In this document: piece by piece, positions 49,845 to 62,898 of the stretch
How positions within the stretch are numbered: the first letter of the stretch is position 1
Layout: each line of letters opens with the position of its first letter
Source: Patescibacteria group bacterium
GTDB taxonomy: Bacteria; Patescibacteriota; CPR2; UBA1875
DNA length: 64,000 bases
Direction: 5' to 3'
Assembly (NCBI GenBank): GCA_041737595.1
Contig: JBGSRK010000010.1
Span: 96,001-160,000 of the forward strand
Position numbers and translations under genes: made by a program
The notes under the pieces: generated by a model
The model's input: the letters and a program-made list of their open reading frames with translations, nothing else
Database searches by the model: none
Told to the model about the DNA's origin: nothing

Positions 49845-50405
49845 ATGGACGTTGATACTATTGTAAAAAATAAAAAAGAAGATAAAAAAGACTTAAAAAA
49901 AGAGATTGAGAAGCCAAAAGAAAAAGTCGAGGTTCCAAAAAGAAAAGCTATACTTTCTTGGGAGTCTTCAGATAATTTATCTGTTCAAATTAATCCTTTT
50001 GTAATAACTTTATTTGTCATATTCAATTTAACAGCAATTGCTTATTTTGTATGGAAAAAGGATTGGTTTCCTATACCTGTTATTGTAATAATTTCAGGTA
50101 TTTTTATTTGGTATAAAATTTCTATTAAAGAAGAATTAAAAAAATATTCCATTGAAAGAATGGGTGTTAGAATTAATGATTATTTTTATCCATATTCTGA
50201 AATACATTCATTTTGGATTATTTATAACGATAAAGTAAAAAATCTTTATATAACCTTTGTAAAAAGATATTTACCATCAATTGTAATTGATCTTAGTAAC
50301 GCAAACCCACACAATGTAAAAATTGCTTTAAGCCGACGCATACCCGAACAAACTCAAAAATCTGAAAATCTTTTAGATAAATTAGTAAGATTACTTAACC
50401 TTTAG
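49845..50405 (+). CDS. Two-TM hypothetical protein
   Basis: GGAGG SD; two TM helices; 'G..I....YPY..I.SFW'. Confidence 0.7.
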   Translation: MDVDTIVKNKKEDKKDLKKEIEKPKEKVEVPKRKAILSWESSDNLSVQINPFVITLFVIFNLTAIAYFVWKKDWFPIPVIVIISGIFIWYKISIKEELKKYSIERMGVRINDYFYPYSEIHSFWIIYNDKVKNLYITFVKRYLPSIVIDLSNANPHNVKIALSRRIPEQTQKSENLLDKLVRLLNL

Positions 50406-51150
50406 ATAGGGTTAATAATTCGCGACCCTGTGACATTATTTTAGTTTGAGCATCTATCGCAGAAAAAAGTACTTCCCATGTGTAGTGATAATCTTTACCA
50501 TCTTTAATCCCTGCATCATTTGTTATTACTCCAAGTGAATCATACCCTTTTATAAGCAGAATGTGATAAGTATTATCTCGACCATAATGTGGATTTTCTA
50601 AAGAATGAGTCATAACTGGCACAAGAACGGGACTGCCTTGTGAAATTAATTCTTTAATATTTTCTTTTGTACCATTATTAACTATTGAATATTTATATTT
50701 ATAATAATCATTTGCAAACTTCCCAAGCTTAATTATAGATAGATCAGGTTCTTCTCCATAATTATTTTTTTGCCACGTTTTCATTGCCCTTATATCTTTA
50801 TCTACTTCTAATTGATCAAGATTTGATGAACTATTTTCTATAAGGTATTGATGATACATTAAAATTGCTGCCTCCTCGCAAGATTCTTCATGAACAGTCC
50901 AATTTGCAAATGGGGCTTGGACTGTGAATGGAACTGATAATAAATTATTTTCTTTAATTATTAATTTTGGTTCTATTTCTTTTGGAGTTTCTTGCTCGGA
51001 TTCTTCATTTATAATTTCAGGCTTAATTAGATTATTATTCTTTTTTGCTAAAAACCCCAACACTCCAAATGTAATAAATAATAAAGAAAGAGCCATAAAT
51101 AAATAGGCCCTTTTTTGATAGAATTCTGAAATTCGATTATTTTTCTTCAT
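50395..51150 (-). CDS. C39-like peptidase family protein
   Basis: 'VPFT.QAP..NW', 'CEEAA', 'G.PV', 'H.L..KGY', 'NDAG'. Confidence 0.82.
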   Translation of the reverse strand: MKKNNRISEFYQKRAYLFMALSLLFITFGVLGFLAKKNNNLIKPEIINEESEQETPKEIEPKLIIKENNLLSVPFTVQAPFANWTVHEESCEEAAILMYHQYLIENSSSNLDQLEVDKDIRAMKTWQKNNYGEEPDLSIIKLGKFANDYYKYKYSIVNNGTKENIKELISQGSPVLVPVMTHSLENPHYGRDNTYHILLIKGYDSLGVITNDAGIKDGKDYHYTWEVLFSAIDAQTKIMSQGRELLTLSKG

Positions 51151-51200
51151 GTTATTTGATTGATTTTATTTCTCTGAAACTCTGAAATTTTTTTCGACAT

Positions 51201-51293
51201 TGGCGGTGAGGGAGAGATTCGAACTCTCGCGCCGGATTACTCCGACCTACAGGTTTAGCAAACCCGCCCCTTCAGCCTCTTGGGTACCTCACC
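51201..51293 (-). tRNA. tRNA-Ser(GCT)
   Basis: GGTGAGG.../...CCTCACCGCCA; loop TT-GCT-AA; long variable arm; GTTCGAAT. Confidence 0.95.
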
Positions 51294-51434
51294 TCGTCAG
51301 CGTAAGCTGACGAGCTTCAAAATCTTTTTATAAAAAATTTCTATGCTCTTTCGCTACGCTTCCTCTGCAGTTGAAATCGACAGATTTCAACTGGAAAGAA
51401 ACAGCTTAAGCCATTTAAATCTCTTCCTTTAACT

Positions 51435-51586
51435 AATATGGCGGGGTAAAGATTCCCCTTCGCTCCAACTCAGGGTCCGGGTCACTGCACACCGAAAGCT
51501 CCAGGTTTTCGCTTTCTCTCGCTCCCTTCGAATCCCCTTTATCTACAATTATTTTTACGTTCTAGACAAGCTAGATCGTAAAAATA
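51435..51586 (-). repeat. Structured tRNA-linked element ending in a degenerate tRNA-Ser 3' end
   Basis: AATATGGCGG shared with the tRNA-Ser(TGA) 3' end; TTCGAATCCC (51527-51536) is an inverted copy of the T-arm sequence. Confidence 0.55.
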
Positions 51587-51676
51587 TGGCGGAGAGGGAG
51601 GGATTCGAACCCCCGGTACCCTTGCGGGTACAACAGTTTTCAAGACTGCCGCAATCGACCACTCTGCCACCTCTCC
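51587..51676 (-). tRNA. tRNA-Ser(TGA)
   Basis: GGAGAGG.../...CCTCTCCGCCA; loop CT-TGA-AA; long variable arm. Confidence 0.96.
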
Positions 51677-51733
51677 AGGTCTAAAACTACAAAAGAGCTT
51701 GCTATCGCTCCTTTACTGATTAATCTGTTTTTC

Positions 51734-51809
51734 TGGTGAGCCCGGTGCGACTCGAACGCACGACCAATTGCTTAAAAGGCAACTGCTCTACCAACTGAGC
51801 TACGGGCCC
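51734..51809 (-). tRNA. tRNA-Lys(TTT)
   Basis: GGGCCCGTAGCTCAGTTGG...; loop CT-TTT-AA; ends CGGGCTCACCA. Confidence 0.96.
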
Positions 51810-51880
51810 GTAAAAAGCTTTTAGATTTTACATCAAAATGAACCATTTTTCAAGACTACTATTTGTAGTATGATTGTAAT

Positions 51881-53494
51881 ATGCAGGAGGGTACACAAAA
51901 AGATATACGGTCAGTTGTTTCTTCATATAACCGAGATGAAATAGAGAAAGCGACTGAAGAACAAGCAAAGGAATTGAAGATTCCTTATTATGATGTTAGA
52001 AAATCTGAAATCGCAACCGATATTCTTTCATTAATAAATAAAGAAGAAGCTCAAAGAGGAGTTATTCCGATTATGTTGAAGAATAAATCTTTGAGTCTTG
52101 GAGTTACTGATGTTCGCGAAGATAAGATCCAAGATATTATTAGTTATTTAAAAAATAGTTTTAATATTAATAAAGTATTAATTTCTTGGGCATCTGTTAA
52201 AGATATTCTCCCAAGATACGATGGGTTAATAAAAAGAAATCTTGAAGAAAAAGAAGATTATGAGATCACCGCAACTGAAGGAATATTAACTTTTTCTGAA
52301 TTAGAAAGCCAAATAAATTCTGCACCACTCCAAAATATTTTAAGCTTTATTGTTTCTTCGGCTATTTCTTCTAATGCCTCTGATATACACCTAGAACCTC
52401 AAAAAGAGGGGGCAAGAATTAGATTCCGAGTTGATGGAGTACTACATGTTGTTGGTACTATGGGTGAGGAGAGATTTAAATATATTTTATCTCAAATAGA
52501 ACTTTCTGGTGGGATGAAGCTTAATGTAGATGAAGCTCAAGAAGGAAGAATTGAGATAAAAATGGCTAAAAAAAATATCAGTGTTCGTATTGAAACAATG
52601 CCAACACTTTATGGCGATGATATTTCTTTGCGTATTTTTAATACAGAGTCAACTTTGCTGAATCTTTCAGATTTAGGGTTATATGATTATAATTTAAAAT
52701 TAATTAATAATTCACTAGCCAGACCCCAAGGAATGATTTTGGTTGTTGGACCAACTGGAGCAGGAAAAACCTCGACAATTTATGCGGTATTAAATGTACT
52801 AAATAAACCAGAAGTAAAAATTATTACCCTCGAAGACCCAATTGAATATGCTCTAACTGGAATTACTCAAAGTCAAATACATGAAGATGAGAGCTTTAAT
52901 ATAAGGCTTAAAGCTGTTTTAAGGGAAGACCCAGATATTGTTATGGTTGGAGAAATTAGAGATGCTGAAACAGCCGATGTAGCACTCCACGCAGCATTAA
53001 CTGGCCATGTTATGATATCAACCTTTCACGCCTACAACGCCGCAACAGCGGTTACATTACTCAGGGAGATTGCAACTAATGGAACATTACTAGCTTCTGC
53101 AATAAATTTAATAATTGCTCAGAGATTAGTTAGAAGAATTTGTGAAAAATGTAAAATAGAAAAAAAATTGACTGAAAAAGAATACCAATATGCTGCAGAT
53201 TTGTTTGATGAAATACCTGATGAAATAAAAGGTGAAAGAAAATTATCATTCTTTGAGGGCAAAGGTTGTGAAGAATGTAAGGGGATCGGATATAAAGGTA
53301 GAATTGCTATTCATGAAATGCTACAAATGAATGTTGAATTTCAAAAAGTTGTCGCAAGAGAAGATATAACTGTTAGTGAAATCCAAGAAGCGGCAAAAAA
53401 ATCTGGAATGGTTACTATGGAACAAGATGGGCTCTTAAAAGCAATTGATGGGATTACATCACTTTCAGAAGTAATGAAGGCAATAAAAGAATAA
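51881..53494 (+). CDS. GspE/PulE/PilB-family secretion ATPase
   Basis: 'ASDIHLEP', 'RFRVDG.L', GPTGAGKT, 'TLEDPIEY', 'LREDPD..MVGEIRD', tetracysteine motif. Confidence 0.93.
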   Translation: MQEGTQKDIRSVVSSYNRDEIEKATEEQAKELKIPYYDVRKSEIATDILSLINKEEAQRGVIPIMLKNKSLSLGVTDVREDKIQDIISYLKNSFNINKVLISWASVKDILPRYDGLIKRNLEEKEDYEITATEGILTFSELESQINSAPLQNILSFIVSSAISSNASDIHLEPQKEGARIRFRVDGVLHVVGTMGEERFKYILSQIELSGGMKLNVDEAQEGRIEIKMAKKNISVRIETMPTLYGDDISLRIFNTESTLLNLSDLGLYDYNLKLINNSLARPQGMILVVGPTGAGKTSTIYAVLNVLNKPEVKIITLEDPIEYALTGITQSQIHEDESFNIRLKAVLREDPDIVMVGEIRDAETADVALHAALTGHVMISTFHAYNAATAVTLLREIATNGTLLASAINLIIAQRLVRRICEKCKIEKKLTEKEYQYAADLFDEIPDEIKGERKLSFFEGKGCEECKGIGYKGRIAIHEMLQMNVEFQKVVAREDITVSEIQEAAKKSGMVTMEQDGLLKAIDGITSLSEVMKAIKE

Positions 53495-53495
53495 G

Positions 53496-54605
53496 TTAAA
53501 ACCAACTTTTGTCTGATTCAAATTCCTCAAGAAGTTTTTTCTGTTTCCCGGAAAGTTTTGAGGGAGTTTCTACAATAACAGTTACAAAATGATCTCCCTT
53601 TCTTGATGAATGGAGCTTTGGAAGCCCTCTTTCTGTTAATTTAAATACTTTCCCAGATTGTGTCCCCGAAGGGATCTTTAGCGATATATCGCCATGGACA
53701 GTCTCTACCTCTATAGTTGTCCCAAGAGCTGCTTGGGGGAAAGATATTTTACTTTCTGAAAAGATATTTGAACCATCTCTGTGAAATTTATGATCAGATT
53801 TAATATGTATTGAAAGGTAAAGATCGCCTGAAGGGACACCAGAAGGTCCTGCTTCACCATAACCCTCCATTCTTATTGTTTGACCGTCATCTATCCCTGC
53901 AGGAATTTTTACTTTGATAGATTTTCTGTCTTTAATTCGTCCCTCTCCACTACATTTACTACACGGTTTTTCAGGAACTTTCCCTGTTCCATTACAAGTT
54001 TCACAAATAGAAGCCTGGGCAAAAGTCCCAAACATAGTGTGTTGTTCACGTCTTACCTGTCCGGATCCATTACATGTTGAACAAGTTTTTTTACTCGTAC
54101 CCGGTTCTGCACCACTCCCATTACATTTGTCGCAGGTATTATATTTATCAAGAGTTATTTCACGTTCAACCCCATTTACAACATCAGAGAATTCAATTGA
54201 AATAGTTGCCTCAATGTCTGACCCCTTTTTAGGTTTTCTACTTTTTGATGATCCTCCAGTAAACATTTCAAAAATATCACCTATACCCCCAAGGTCATCA
54301 AAATTTACATTAAACCCTTGTTGATTAAACCCTTGTTGATATTGTCCGTAATCAAAACCACCTTGACCACCGCCACCCATCCTTGAACCGGCATGACCAA
54401 ATTGATCATACATTTTCTTTTTTTCTGGGTCAGAAAGTGTTTGATATGCTTCATTAACTTCTTTAAATTTTGTCTCGTCTTCTTTACTACCACCTTTATC
54501 TGGATGATATTTTAATGCAAGCTTGCGATAAGCTTTTTTTATTTCATCTGTAGTGGCACTTTTAGAAAGACCCAACAGTTCGTAGTAATCTTTTTTTTCT
54601 GACAT
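53496..54605 (-). CDS. dnaJ: Chaperone DnaJ
   Basis: J domain with HPD, G/F region, four CxxCxGxG repeats. Start at ATG 54605. Confidence 0.97.
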   Translation of the reverse strand: MSEKKDYYELLGLSKSATTDEIKKAYRKLALKYHPDKGGSKEDETKFKEVNEAYQTLSDPEKKKMYDQFGHAGSRMGGGGQGGFDYGQYQQGFNQQGFNVNFDDLGGIGDIFEMFTGGSSKSRKPKKGSDIEATISIEFSDVVNGVEREITLDKYNTCDKCNGSGAEPGTSKKTCSTCNGSGQVRREQHTMFGTFAQASICETCNGTGKVPEKPCSKCSGEGRIKDRKSIKVKIPAGIDDGQTIRMEGYGEAGPSGVPSGDLYLSIHIKSDHKFHRDGSNIFSESKISFPQAALGTTIEVETVHGDISLKIPSGTQSGKVFKLTERGLPKLHSSRKGDHFVTVIVETPSKLSGKQKKLLEEFESDKSWF

Positions 54606-54665
54606 TTTTTCTTTCAAAGGGTTGGGCCATTAATTAGATTAATAACCCAACCCTTATTTTAAGTT

Positions 54666-57058
<2,393 letters not shown>

Positions 57059-57066
<8 letters not shown>

Positions 57067-57763
57067 TAATTTCCTCCAAAATTTTTCTTAATTCTTTTAC
57101 TGCTGCAATTGTTCTTGGATAACTCATTCTCATTGGTCCAATTACTCCTAAATAACCATTATTCCCAAAAGGTGTTCTAAATTGAGAAACTACGAGTGAA
57201 CATTCTGCTGATTTCCCTATTGGTGATTCTGAACCAATATATATTTGGGTGTCAAAATTACCGGGCAGTTCTTCTATTAAGTGATCCAGGTTATCAATAA
57301 TCTCTGCCGCACCTAAGACTTTATCAGAAGTTAAAAATTCTTTTTGCGAAAATAAATTACCAAGCCCATGAGAGAATATTTCGCCCTGAAAACCAACAAA
57401 TGCTGTATTTTCGGTTAAATTTGAAAGAATTTGAGAGGCTACTTCAAGCTGTTTTTCATATCTGTCACCTCTAGAAAAAATCCCTTTTCTAGAAACGGTG
57501 CTTTCTGGAGCTAAAAGTGCTTTTTCTTCTTCTATCATGTTTACAAAGTACCGATAGCCAGTTTCGGTTGGGATTCTTCCCGCCGAAGTGTGGGGGTGCA
57601 TAAGATATCCCATTCTTTCTAGCTCAGCCATTTCTGCTCTTACTGTTGCTGCTGAAAAAGGGAATTGATATTTATCAACAACAATCGTCGACCCTACAGG
57701 AATACTTGTATCTGTATATTCCCTTACTATGGCATCTAATATTGCTTCCTTTCGACTATCCAT
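57059..57763 (-). CDS. hrcA: Heat-inducible repressor HrcA (short form)
   Basis: 'IL.AIV.EY..T..PVGS', 'SAATVR.EM..LE..GYL..PHTSAGRIPT', 'GVIGP.RM.Y'. Confidence 0.95.
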
Positions 57764-57772
57764 TTGTTCTCC

Positions 57773-57799
57773 TTAGCACTCTTGATGTTTGAGTGCTAA
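57773..57799. promoter_or_regulatory. CIRCE operator
   Basis: Perfect TTAGCACTC-N9-GAGTGCTAA abutting the hrcA SD; TTGACA -35 at 57832-57827. Confidence 0.97.
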
Positions 57800-57916
57800 T
57801 ATAATATATCAAATCTTTAATATAGCTGTCAATAACTTTTTTTAATGTTTCCAATTGTATTTTTCTTCATTTAAACTTAAAATTTATATAGAACTGTATA
57901 GTAAGGGAGGGTCAAA

Positions 57917-58279
57917 TTGTCAAAAGCACTTATTATCTCCTCTGATGAAGGGGCCAGATATCTTTATCAAGTTGTAATTTCTTATCAAAAAATATCTGTT
58001 ATAACAGCTGATTCTATTGCAAAAGGGATTAAAACAGTAGAAAAAGATGTTCCAGATATTATTATTTTAGATATTATGGTTTCAGATTTTAAAGATGTGG
58101 GACTATTAAAAGATTTAAAAGAAAAATTAGGGTCAATGCCACTAGTTATCATGGCTGATATTAAAAGTTCATCAAGTAAAAAGGAAGTTTCAATTCTTGG
58201 TGCGATAAAATATATGGTTAAAGGAGAAAGTTCACTTAGTGATCTAATTAAAACCGTTAGAAAAGTAGTTAATAAATAG
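57917..58279 (+). CDS. Atypical single-domain response regulator
   Basis: 'PDIIILDIM' phospho-Asp present; acidic pocket reads 'ISSDE'; conserved Thr/Ser position reads 'MAD'. Confidence 0.75.
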   Translation: MSKALIISSDEGARYLYQVVISYQKISVITADSIAKGIKTVEKDVPDIIILDIMVSDFKDVGLLKDLKEKLGSMPLVIMADIKSSSSKKEVSILGAIKYMVKGESSLSDLIKTVRKVVNK

Positions 58280-58294
58280 TTATATGGAGGGGTT

Positions 58295-59920
58295 TTGGAA
58301 CGTAAAGGGTTTTTAACTGACTATAAAAGAATCCAAGTAATATCTGGGCTTGCTGCTCTTTCTGGGGCAATTATGACTCTTATTATTCTGTTTTTTTTAC
58401 CAATAAATTATATTGATAAAAGAAATATTATTATTATTGTTGTCTCAGTAATAATTTTTGTAGCAATATTTTATACAATTCCAGCTTTATATTTAAATAA
58501 AAAACTTTCTATGGTTTCTGATCTTTTTTATATTTTAGCTATTACTTTAGTCATGAAAAATATTGGCGATTATGGATATATATATTTTACTTTTTATATG
58601 ATATTGGCCGCGGTGGATGCATTTATTTTCCCTGCTTATCAATACGCTATTTTAATATCTGCAATGTGTGTTGGAATACTTGTAGCAAATATTAGCCCTG
58701 ATTTCATTATTCAAAATCAAATTATTTATCAAATATACGGAGTTTTAACTCTTTCTATTATATTAAGATTAATTGCTCGGGATGCATTACTCATAAAAGA
58801 AAGAAAAGAAGTACTTGAAACAGATATTACCGAGCTTGAAAATGACAAAAGAGAAATAAGAATATTACTCGGATCTTTAGCAGAAGGGATGTTTATTGTC
58901 GATGAAAAAAATAAGATTACTTTTTTTAATAAATCAGCTTTGGAAATATTAAATGTAATTGCTCCAGAAGATAAAATTATTAGTAGAGATATTAATGATA
59001 TTTTAAAAACAGTTGGACCAAATGGTCCAGAATCTGTAACAAAAGACCCTTTTGGAAAACTTGAGCCATCAAGAAGAAATGATTTTAGAATTATATTTCC
59101 AGATAGAGTTGTGAAGCTCCATACAAATGTCAGCCCAGTTATTGGAGAAAGGGGTGAAGTTTCCGGAGCAATAATATTTTTTAGAGACATAACGAAAGAA
59201 AAAAACCTCGAAGAGCAACGTGCAGAATTTAACGCCATTGCTTCACACGAGTTAAGGTCTCCACTTTCTGTAATTGAAGGTTATTTATTCTTCTTATTAG
59301 ACCCTGCATCAAAAGCAAAATATGACAATGTTACTCGTGGCTATATTGAAAAAGCTCATGATGCCTCTAGAGAATTGATTCAATTAATTACTGATGTTTT
59401 AACGGTGGTTAAGGCAGAAAATAATGAACTTGAATTAAATATTTCAGACGTAGATGTAAAAAAAATAATAGAAAAATCAAAAAAAGAATACGAGAAACAA
59501 GCAGAAATAAAAAAAATAAAATTAGAACTAGTTTTAGCGGTTAAAAATATCCCAATAATAAAATCAGATGATATAAAGATAAAAGAAATAGCCAATAATT
59601 TAATTGGAAATGCTCTTAAGTTTACAGAAAAAGGATCTGTTACTATTGAGATTGGCATGTTGGAAAATGAAATAATTATTTCTGTTACAGATACTGGCCC
59701 CGGTATTTCAAAAGAAGATCAAGCGCTTGTTTTTAAAAAGTTTTTCCGATCAGAAGACTGGAAAACAAGAAAAACTGGTGGAACTGGGCTTGGTTTATAC
59801 ATTGTAAAGACACTCACTGAAAGATTGGGAGGACGAGCTGGACTTCAATCTGTTGTAGATAAGGGTTCAAAGTTTTATTTTACTTTACCCCTTGAATTAA
59901 ATAATAAAGAGAAGAAATAA
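58295..59920 (+). CDS. Membrane PAS sensor histidine kinase
   Basis: Multi-TM N-terminus, PAS, 'ASHELRSPL', 'NLIGNALKFT', 'DTGPGI', 'GGTGLGL'. Confidence 0.95.
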   Translation: MERKGFLTDYKRIQVISGLAALSGAIMTLIILFFLPINYIDKRNIIIIVVSVIIFVAIFYTIPALYLNKKLSMVSDLFYILAITLVMKNIGDYGYIYFTFYMILAAVDAFIFPAYQYAILISAMCVGILVANISPDFIIQNQIIYQIYGVLTLSIILRLIARDALLIKERKEVLETDITELENDKREIRILLGSLAEGMFIVDEKNKITFFNKSALEILNVIAPEDKIISRDINDILKTVGPNGPESVTKDPFGKLEPSRRNDFRIIFPDRVVKLHTNVSPVIGERGEVSGAIIFFRDITKEKNLEEQRAEFNAIASHELRSPLSVIEGYLFFLLDPASKAKYDNVTRGYIEKAHDASRELIQLITDVLTVVKAENNELELNISDVDVKKIIEKSKKEYEKQAEIKKIKLELVLAVKNIPIIKSDDIKIKEIANNLIGNALKFTEKGSVTIEIGMLENEIIISVTDTGPGISKEDQALVFKKFFRSEDWKTRKTGGTGLGLYIVKTLTERLGGRAGLQSVVDKGSKFYFTLPLELNNKEKK

Positions 59921-59974
59921 ATTTATTTTAGATATGTATTCGCTTTGCTATACTAATATGACAAGGGAGGGAAG

Positions 59975-60343
59975 ATGAAACCAACAATTTTAGTAGTCGA
60001 TGATGACACAAATCTTACCGGGTTATATGAAGCTGCTCTTTCGGCTAGAGGTTACCGAGTAGTAGTTTGTAATAATGGGGAAACCGCCCTTGATTTAGCT
60101 GAAAAAGAAAATCCAGATTTAATTCTCTTAGATATTATGATGCCCGCTATTCATGGTTTACATGTACTTGATATATTAAAAGCAACTCCTCAAACCGAGG
60201 ATTCAAAAGTAATTATGTTAACTGCACTTGGAGACGAAGCAACAAAAGAAAAAGCACTTGCAACGGGGGCCATTGATTATATTGTAAAATCAGACAGCAG
60301 TATGGCAGATATTTTAAATAGAATTCAAAAGGCGTTAGATTAA
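59975..60343 (+). CDS. CheY-like single-domain response regulator
   Basis: 'ILVVDDD', 'PDLILLDIMMP', 'MLTA', 'DYIVK'. Confidence 0.93.
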   Translation: MKPTILVVDDDTNLTGLYEAALSARGYRVVVCNNGETALDLAEKENPDLILLDIMMPAIHGLHVLDILKATPQTEDSKVIMLTALGDEATKEKALATGAIDYIVKSDSSMADILNRIQKALD

Positions 60344-61326
60344 TGGCAAAAGTAATTTTTGAAAATAATTTGAAAGAGCTAGCACTCTCACTTAGTAAAG
60401 ATGCTAAGGTTTTTGCTCCTGTTAAGACTCATCCAAATTCCACTTATAGCCAATATTCTTTTGTTGAATTCTCAAAAGAGATGGAACTTGTAATTGATTA
60501 TCCAACAACTAATTTGCCTCCCAAAGAATTTTTGCTGCCCCCAAAAGATATCTTATTTACATATAGCAATGGGCAATCACAATCTCCAGTAATAGAAAAA
60601 AAAGTTATTTTTGGCCTTTCATATGAAGATCTTTATGGAGTAGAAAAGCTAACAAAGTTATTTTCATCTCCAATAAAAGATGATCATTTTCTAGAAATCA
60701 AAGATTCTACATTAATTATTGGAGCCGATCATTTTTCGCCTCCAAAAAGTCTTAATTTTGACCTTTATCTCCAAAAAATTAACTCAGAGATATATGTTGG
60801 ACATGCTGGAACAAAAAAAGGTAGCCAAATATTAAAAAATTCTTTGTTTAAAAATCAAGAAATTAAAATTCCAAAAGTTTCAAAGAAAAAAGACTTACTT
60901 CTTTCAAACCCAGATCTCCCAAAAATTATCATGAAATCTAAGGATCATCCAGTTTGGAATGATTTAGCAAAAATATGTTTGGGCTGTGGAATTTGTAGTT
61001 ATGTTTGTCCTCTTTGTTACTGTTTTGAGATTGATGACGAAATTGATATAACCAAAGATGATATTTGTTCTACAAAATGTAGAACTTGGGATTCGTGTAT
61101 GTTAAATTCTTTTGCAGAAACAAATGCTGGTAATTTTCGAGGAGAACTTTCTGAACGAATTTATAATTGGTATTTTCATAAATTTGTAAGAATGCCAAAA
61201 GAATATGGGTTTAGCGGTTGTGTTGATTGTAACCGATGTGTTATTTTTTGCCCTGCAAAAATAAATTATAGAAACACGCTTATGAGACTCGTTAAAGATT
61301 GGGAATCAAAAAATGAAAGATCATAA
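60343..61326 (+). CDS. Sulfhydrogenase-type beta subunit (4Fe-4S dicluster, AsrA/HydB-like)
   Basis: 'CLGCGICSYVCPLCYCF', 'WDSC', 'CVDCNRC...CPA.I'. Confidence 0.88.
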   Translation: MAKVIFENNLKELALSLSKDAKVFAPVKTHPNSTYSQYSFVEFSKEMELVIDYPTTNLPPKEFLLPPKDILFTYSNGQSQSPVIEKKVIFGLSYEDLYGVEKLTKLFSSPIKDDHFLEIKDSTLIIGADHFSPPKSLNFDLYLQKINSEIYVGHAGTKKGSQILKNSLFKNQEIKIPKVSKKKDLLLSNPDLPKIIMKSKDHPVWNDLAKICLGCGICSYVCPLCYCFEIDDEIDITKDDICSTKCRTWDSCMLNSFAETNAGNFRGELSERIYNWYFHKFVRMPKEYGFSGCVDCNRCVIFCPAKINYRNTLMRLVKDWESKNERS

Positions 61327-62125
61327 TTATATCCCTCAAAAAGCAAAGGTTGTTGAGAGAGAAAGTCTTTCACCTGATTGTTTAGGATTAAAAATTAGAT
61401 TCCCAAAAAATTATCAATTTAACTTCCACCCGGGCCAATTTGTAATGGTTTCTGTTCCCGGTTTTTCTGAAGTTCCAATAGGCATTACTACGGCCCCAGA
61501 TAAAAATGATTTTGAAATCGGTGTAAGATCAGCTGGGACGGTTACTAAAAAGATTGTATCTCTTATGGTTGGAGATGATATATATATTAATGGCCCTTTT
61601 GGGAATGGATTTCCATTACAAAAAATGAAGGGTAAAAATATTGTAATTATTGCAGCGGGCATTGGTATATTCCCACTTAGATCGCTAATCAGATATTTAG
61701 GTAATAATAAAAAAATATTCAAATCTTTAACTATATTTGTTGGTTCAAAATGTCCAGAAAGTCTAATATATAAAAAAGAATATAAAGAATGGGAAAAATT
61801 TGCAAAAGTTTATACTACCGTTGATAGTTGTGGCCCAACATGGGACGGCTGTATTGGAAATATTACTACACTCTTTGATAAAAATAAGATTAATAAAGGT
61901 TCATTAATGATTGCGTGTGGTCCTCCTATTATTTATAAATCAATTATTAATCGTTATGTTGGTAAATCTATTGCAGAAAATGATTTATATTTCATGCTTG
62001 AGCGTAAAATGAAATGTGGAGTTGGGAAATGCCAACACTGTACCTGTGGAGAATTATATGTTTGTACAGACGGCCCAGTTTTTTCTTATGACCAAATCAA
62101 ATATAATACCGAGGCATTATCATGA
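61313..62125 (+). CDS. Sulfhydrogenase-type gamma subunit (FAD/NAD(P)-binding, 2Fe-2S)
   Basis: 'PGQF', 'GPFGNGF', 'CGPP', 'ERKMKCGVGKCQHC', 'VC.DGPVF'. Confidence 0.9.
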   Translation: MKDHNYIPQKAKVVERESLSPDCLGLKIRFPKNYQFNFHPGQFVMVSVPGFSEVPIGITTAPDKNDFEIGVRSAGTVTKKIVSLMVGDDIYINGPFGNGFPLQKMKGKNIVIIAAGIGIFPLRSLIRYLGNNKKIFKSLTIFVGSKCPESLIYKKEYKEWEKFAKVYTTVDSCGPTWDGCIGNITTLFDKNKINKGSLMIACGPPIIYKSIINRYVGKSIAENDLYFMLERKMKCGVGKCQHCTCGELYVCTDGPVFSYDQIKYNTEALS

Positions 62126-62898
62126 ATAAAGTAAAAATAGCAATATTTGATTTAACAGACTGTGAAGGATGTGAATTACAGTTTATCGCGCTAAGAGAAA
62201 AATTGTTAAAAAGAGGTAATGATTTTGAGATAACAAACTGGAGATTGGCAAATGAAATTAATTCTAATGGTCCATTTGATGTTACTTTTATTGAGGGTTC
62301 CCCGATAGCAGAAACAGACATTGAGACATTAAAACAAGCAAGAAAAATGTCAAAGATTATTATTACTCTGGGAGCTTGCGCCGATCTTGGTGGTATGCAA
62401 TCAGCTCTTCTAGAAAAAAAGAGAGAAAGAGACCTATTAGAAGTTTATGGTCCTAAATATAAAACAAATTCACTCCCTCCAAAGCCTGTTTCTTATTATG
62501 TTGATGTGGATTTACATTTGCCCGGTTGCCCTGTCAACGAAGAAGAGCTTGAAAGGCTTCTTTCTTCACTTTTTATTGGCAAAAAGTTTTCGCCTAAAAA
62601 TCATTCGGTTTGTCTCGACTGTAAGGTTGCTGGTAACCCTTGTTTATTTTTAGATGAAGGTTTTTGTTTGGGCCCCGTCACTCGAGGTGGATGCAAAGCT
62701 CCTTGCCCAGCCAATGGAATTCGTTGCTTTGGTTGTTTTGGTCCAATAGAGGCTGCTAATTTACCTGCTCTAAAAAGTGCGGGCGAAAAACATAATTCGG
62801 TTGAAAATATAGATAATACTTTAAGTTTGTTTTTTTCAAAGCAAGATGTGTATAAAGAATATAAAATATCACAGAAAAAGGGGAAAAATGTCTCATAA
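62122..62898 (+). CDS. NiFe hydrogenase small (delta) subunit, group 3b-like
   Basis: 'DCEGC', 'GACA..GG', 'PGCP', 'VC.DC', 'CLGPVT.GGC.A.CP', 'C.GC.GP'. Confidence 0.9.
   Translation: MNKVKIAIFDLTDCEGCELQFIALREKLLKRGNDFEITNWRLANEINSNGPFDVTFIEGSPIAETDIETLKQARKMSKIIITLGACADLGGMQSALLEKKRERDLLEVYGPKYKTNSLPPKPVSYYVDVDLHLPGCPVNEEELERLLSSLFIGKKFSPKNHSVCLDCKVAGNPCLFLDEGFCLGPVTRGGCKAPCPANGIRCFGCFGPIEAANLPALKSAGEKHNSVENIDNTLSLFFSKQDVYKEYKISQKKGKNVS

Noticed and set aside
54617-54655. Hairpin between dnaK and dnaJ as a novel RNA
   Set aside because: A stem-loop here is ordinary (mRNA stabiliser or partial terminator); nothing further supports a distinct RNA.
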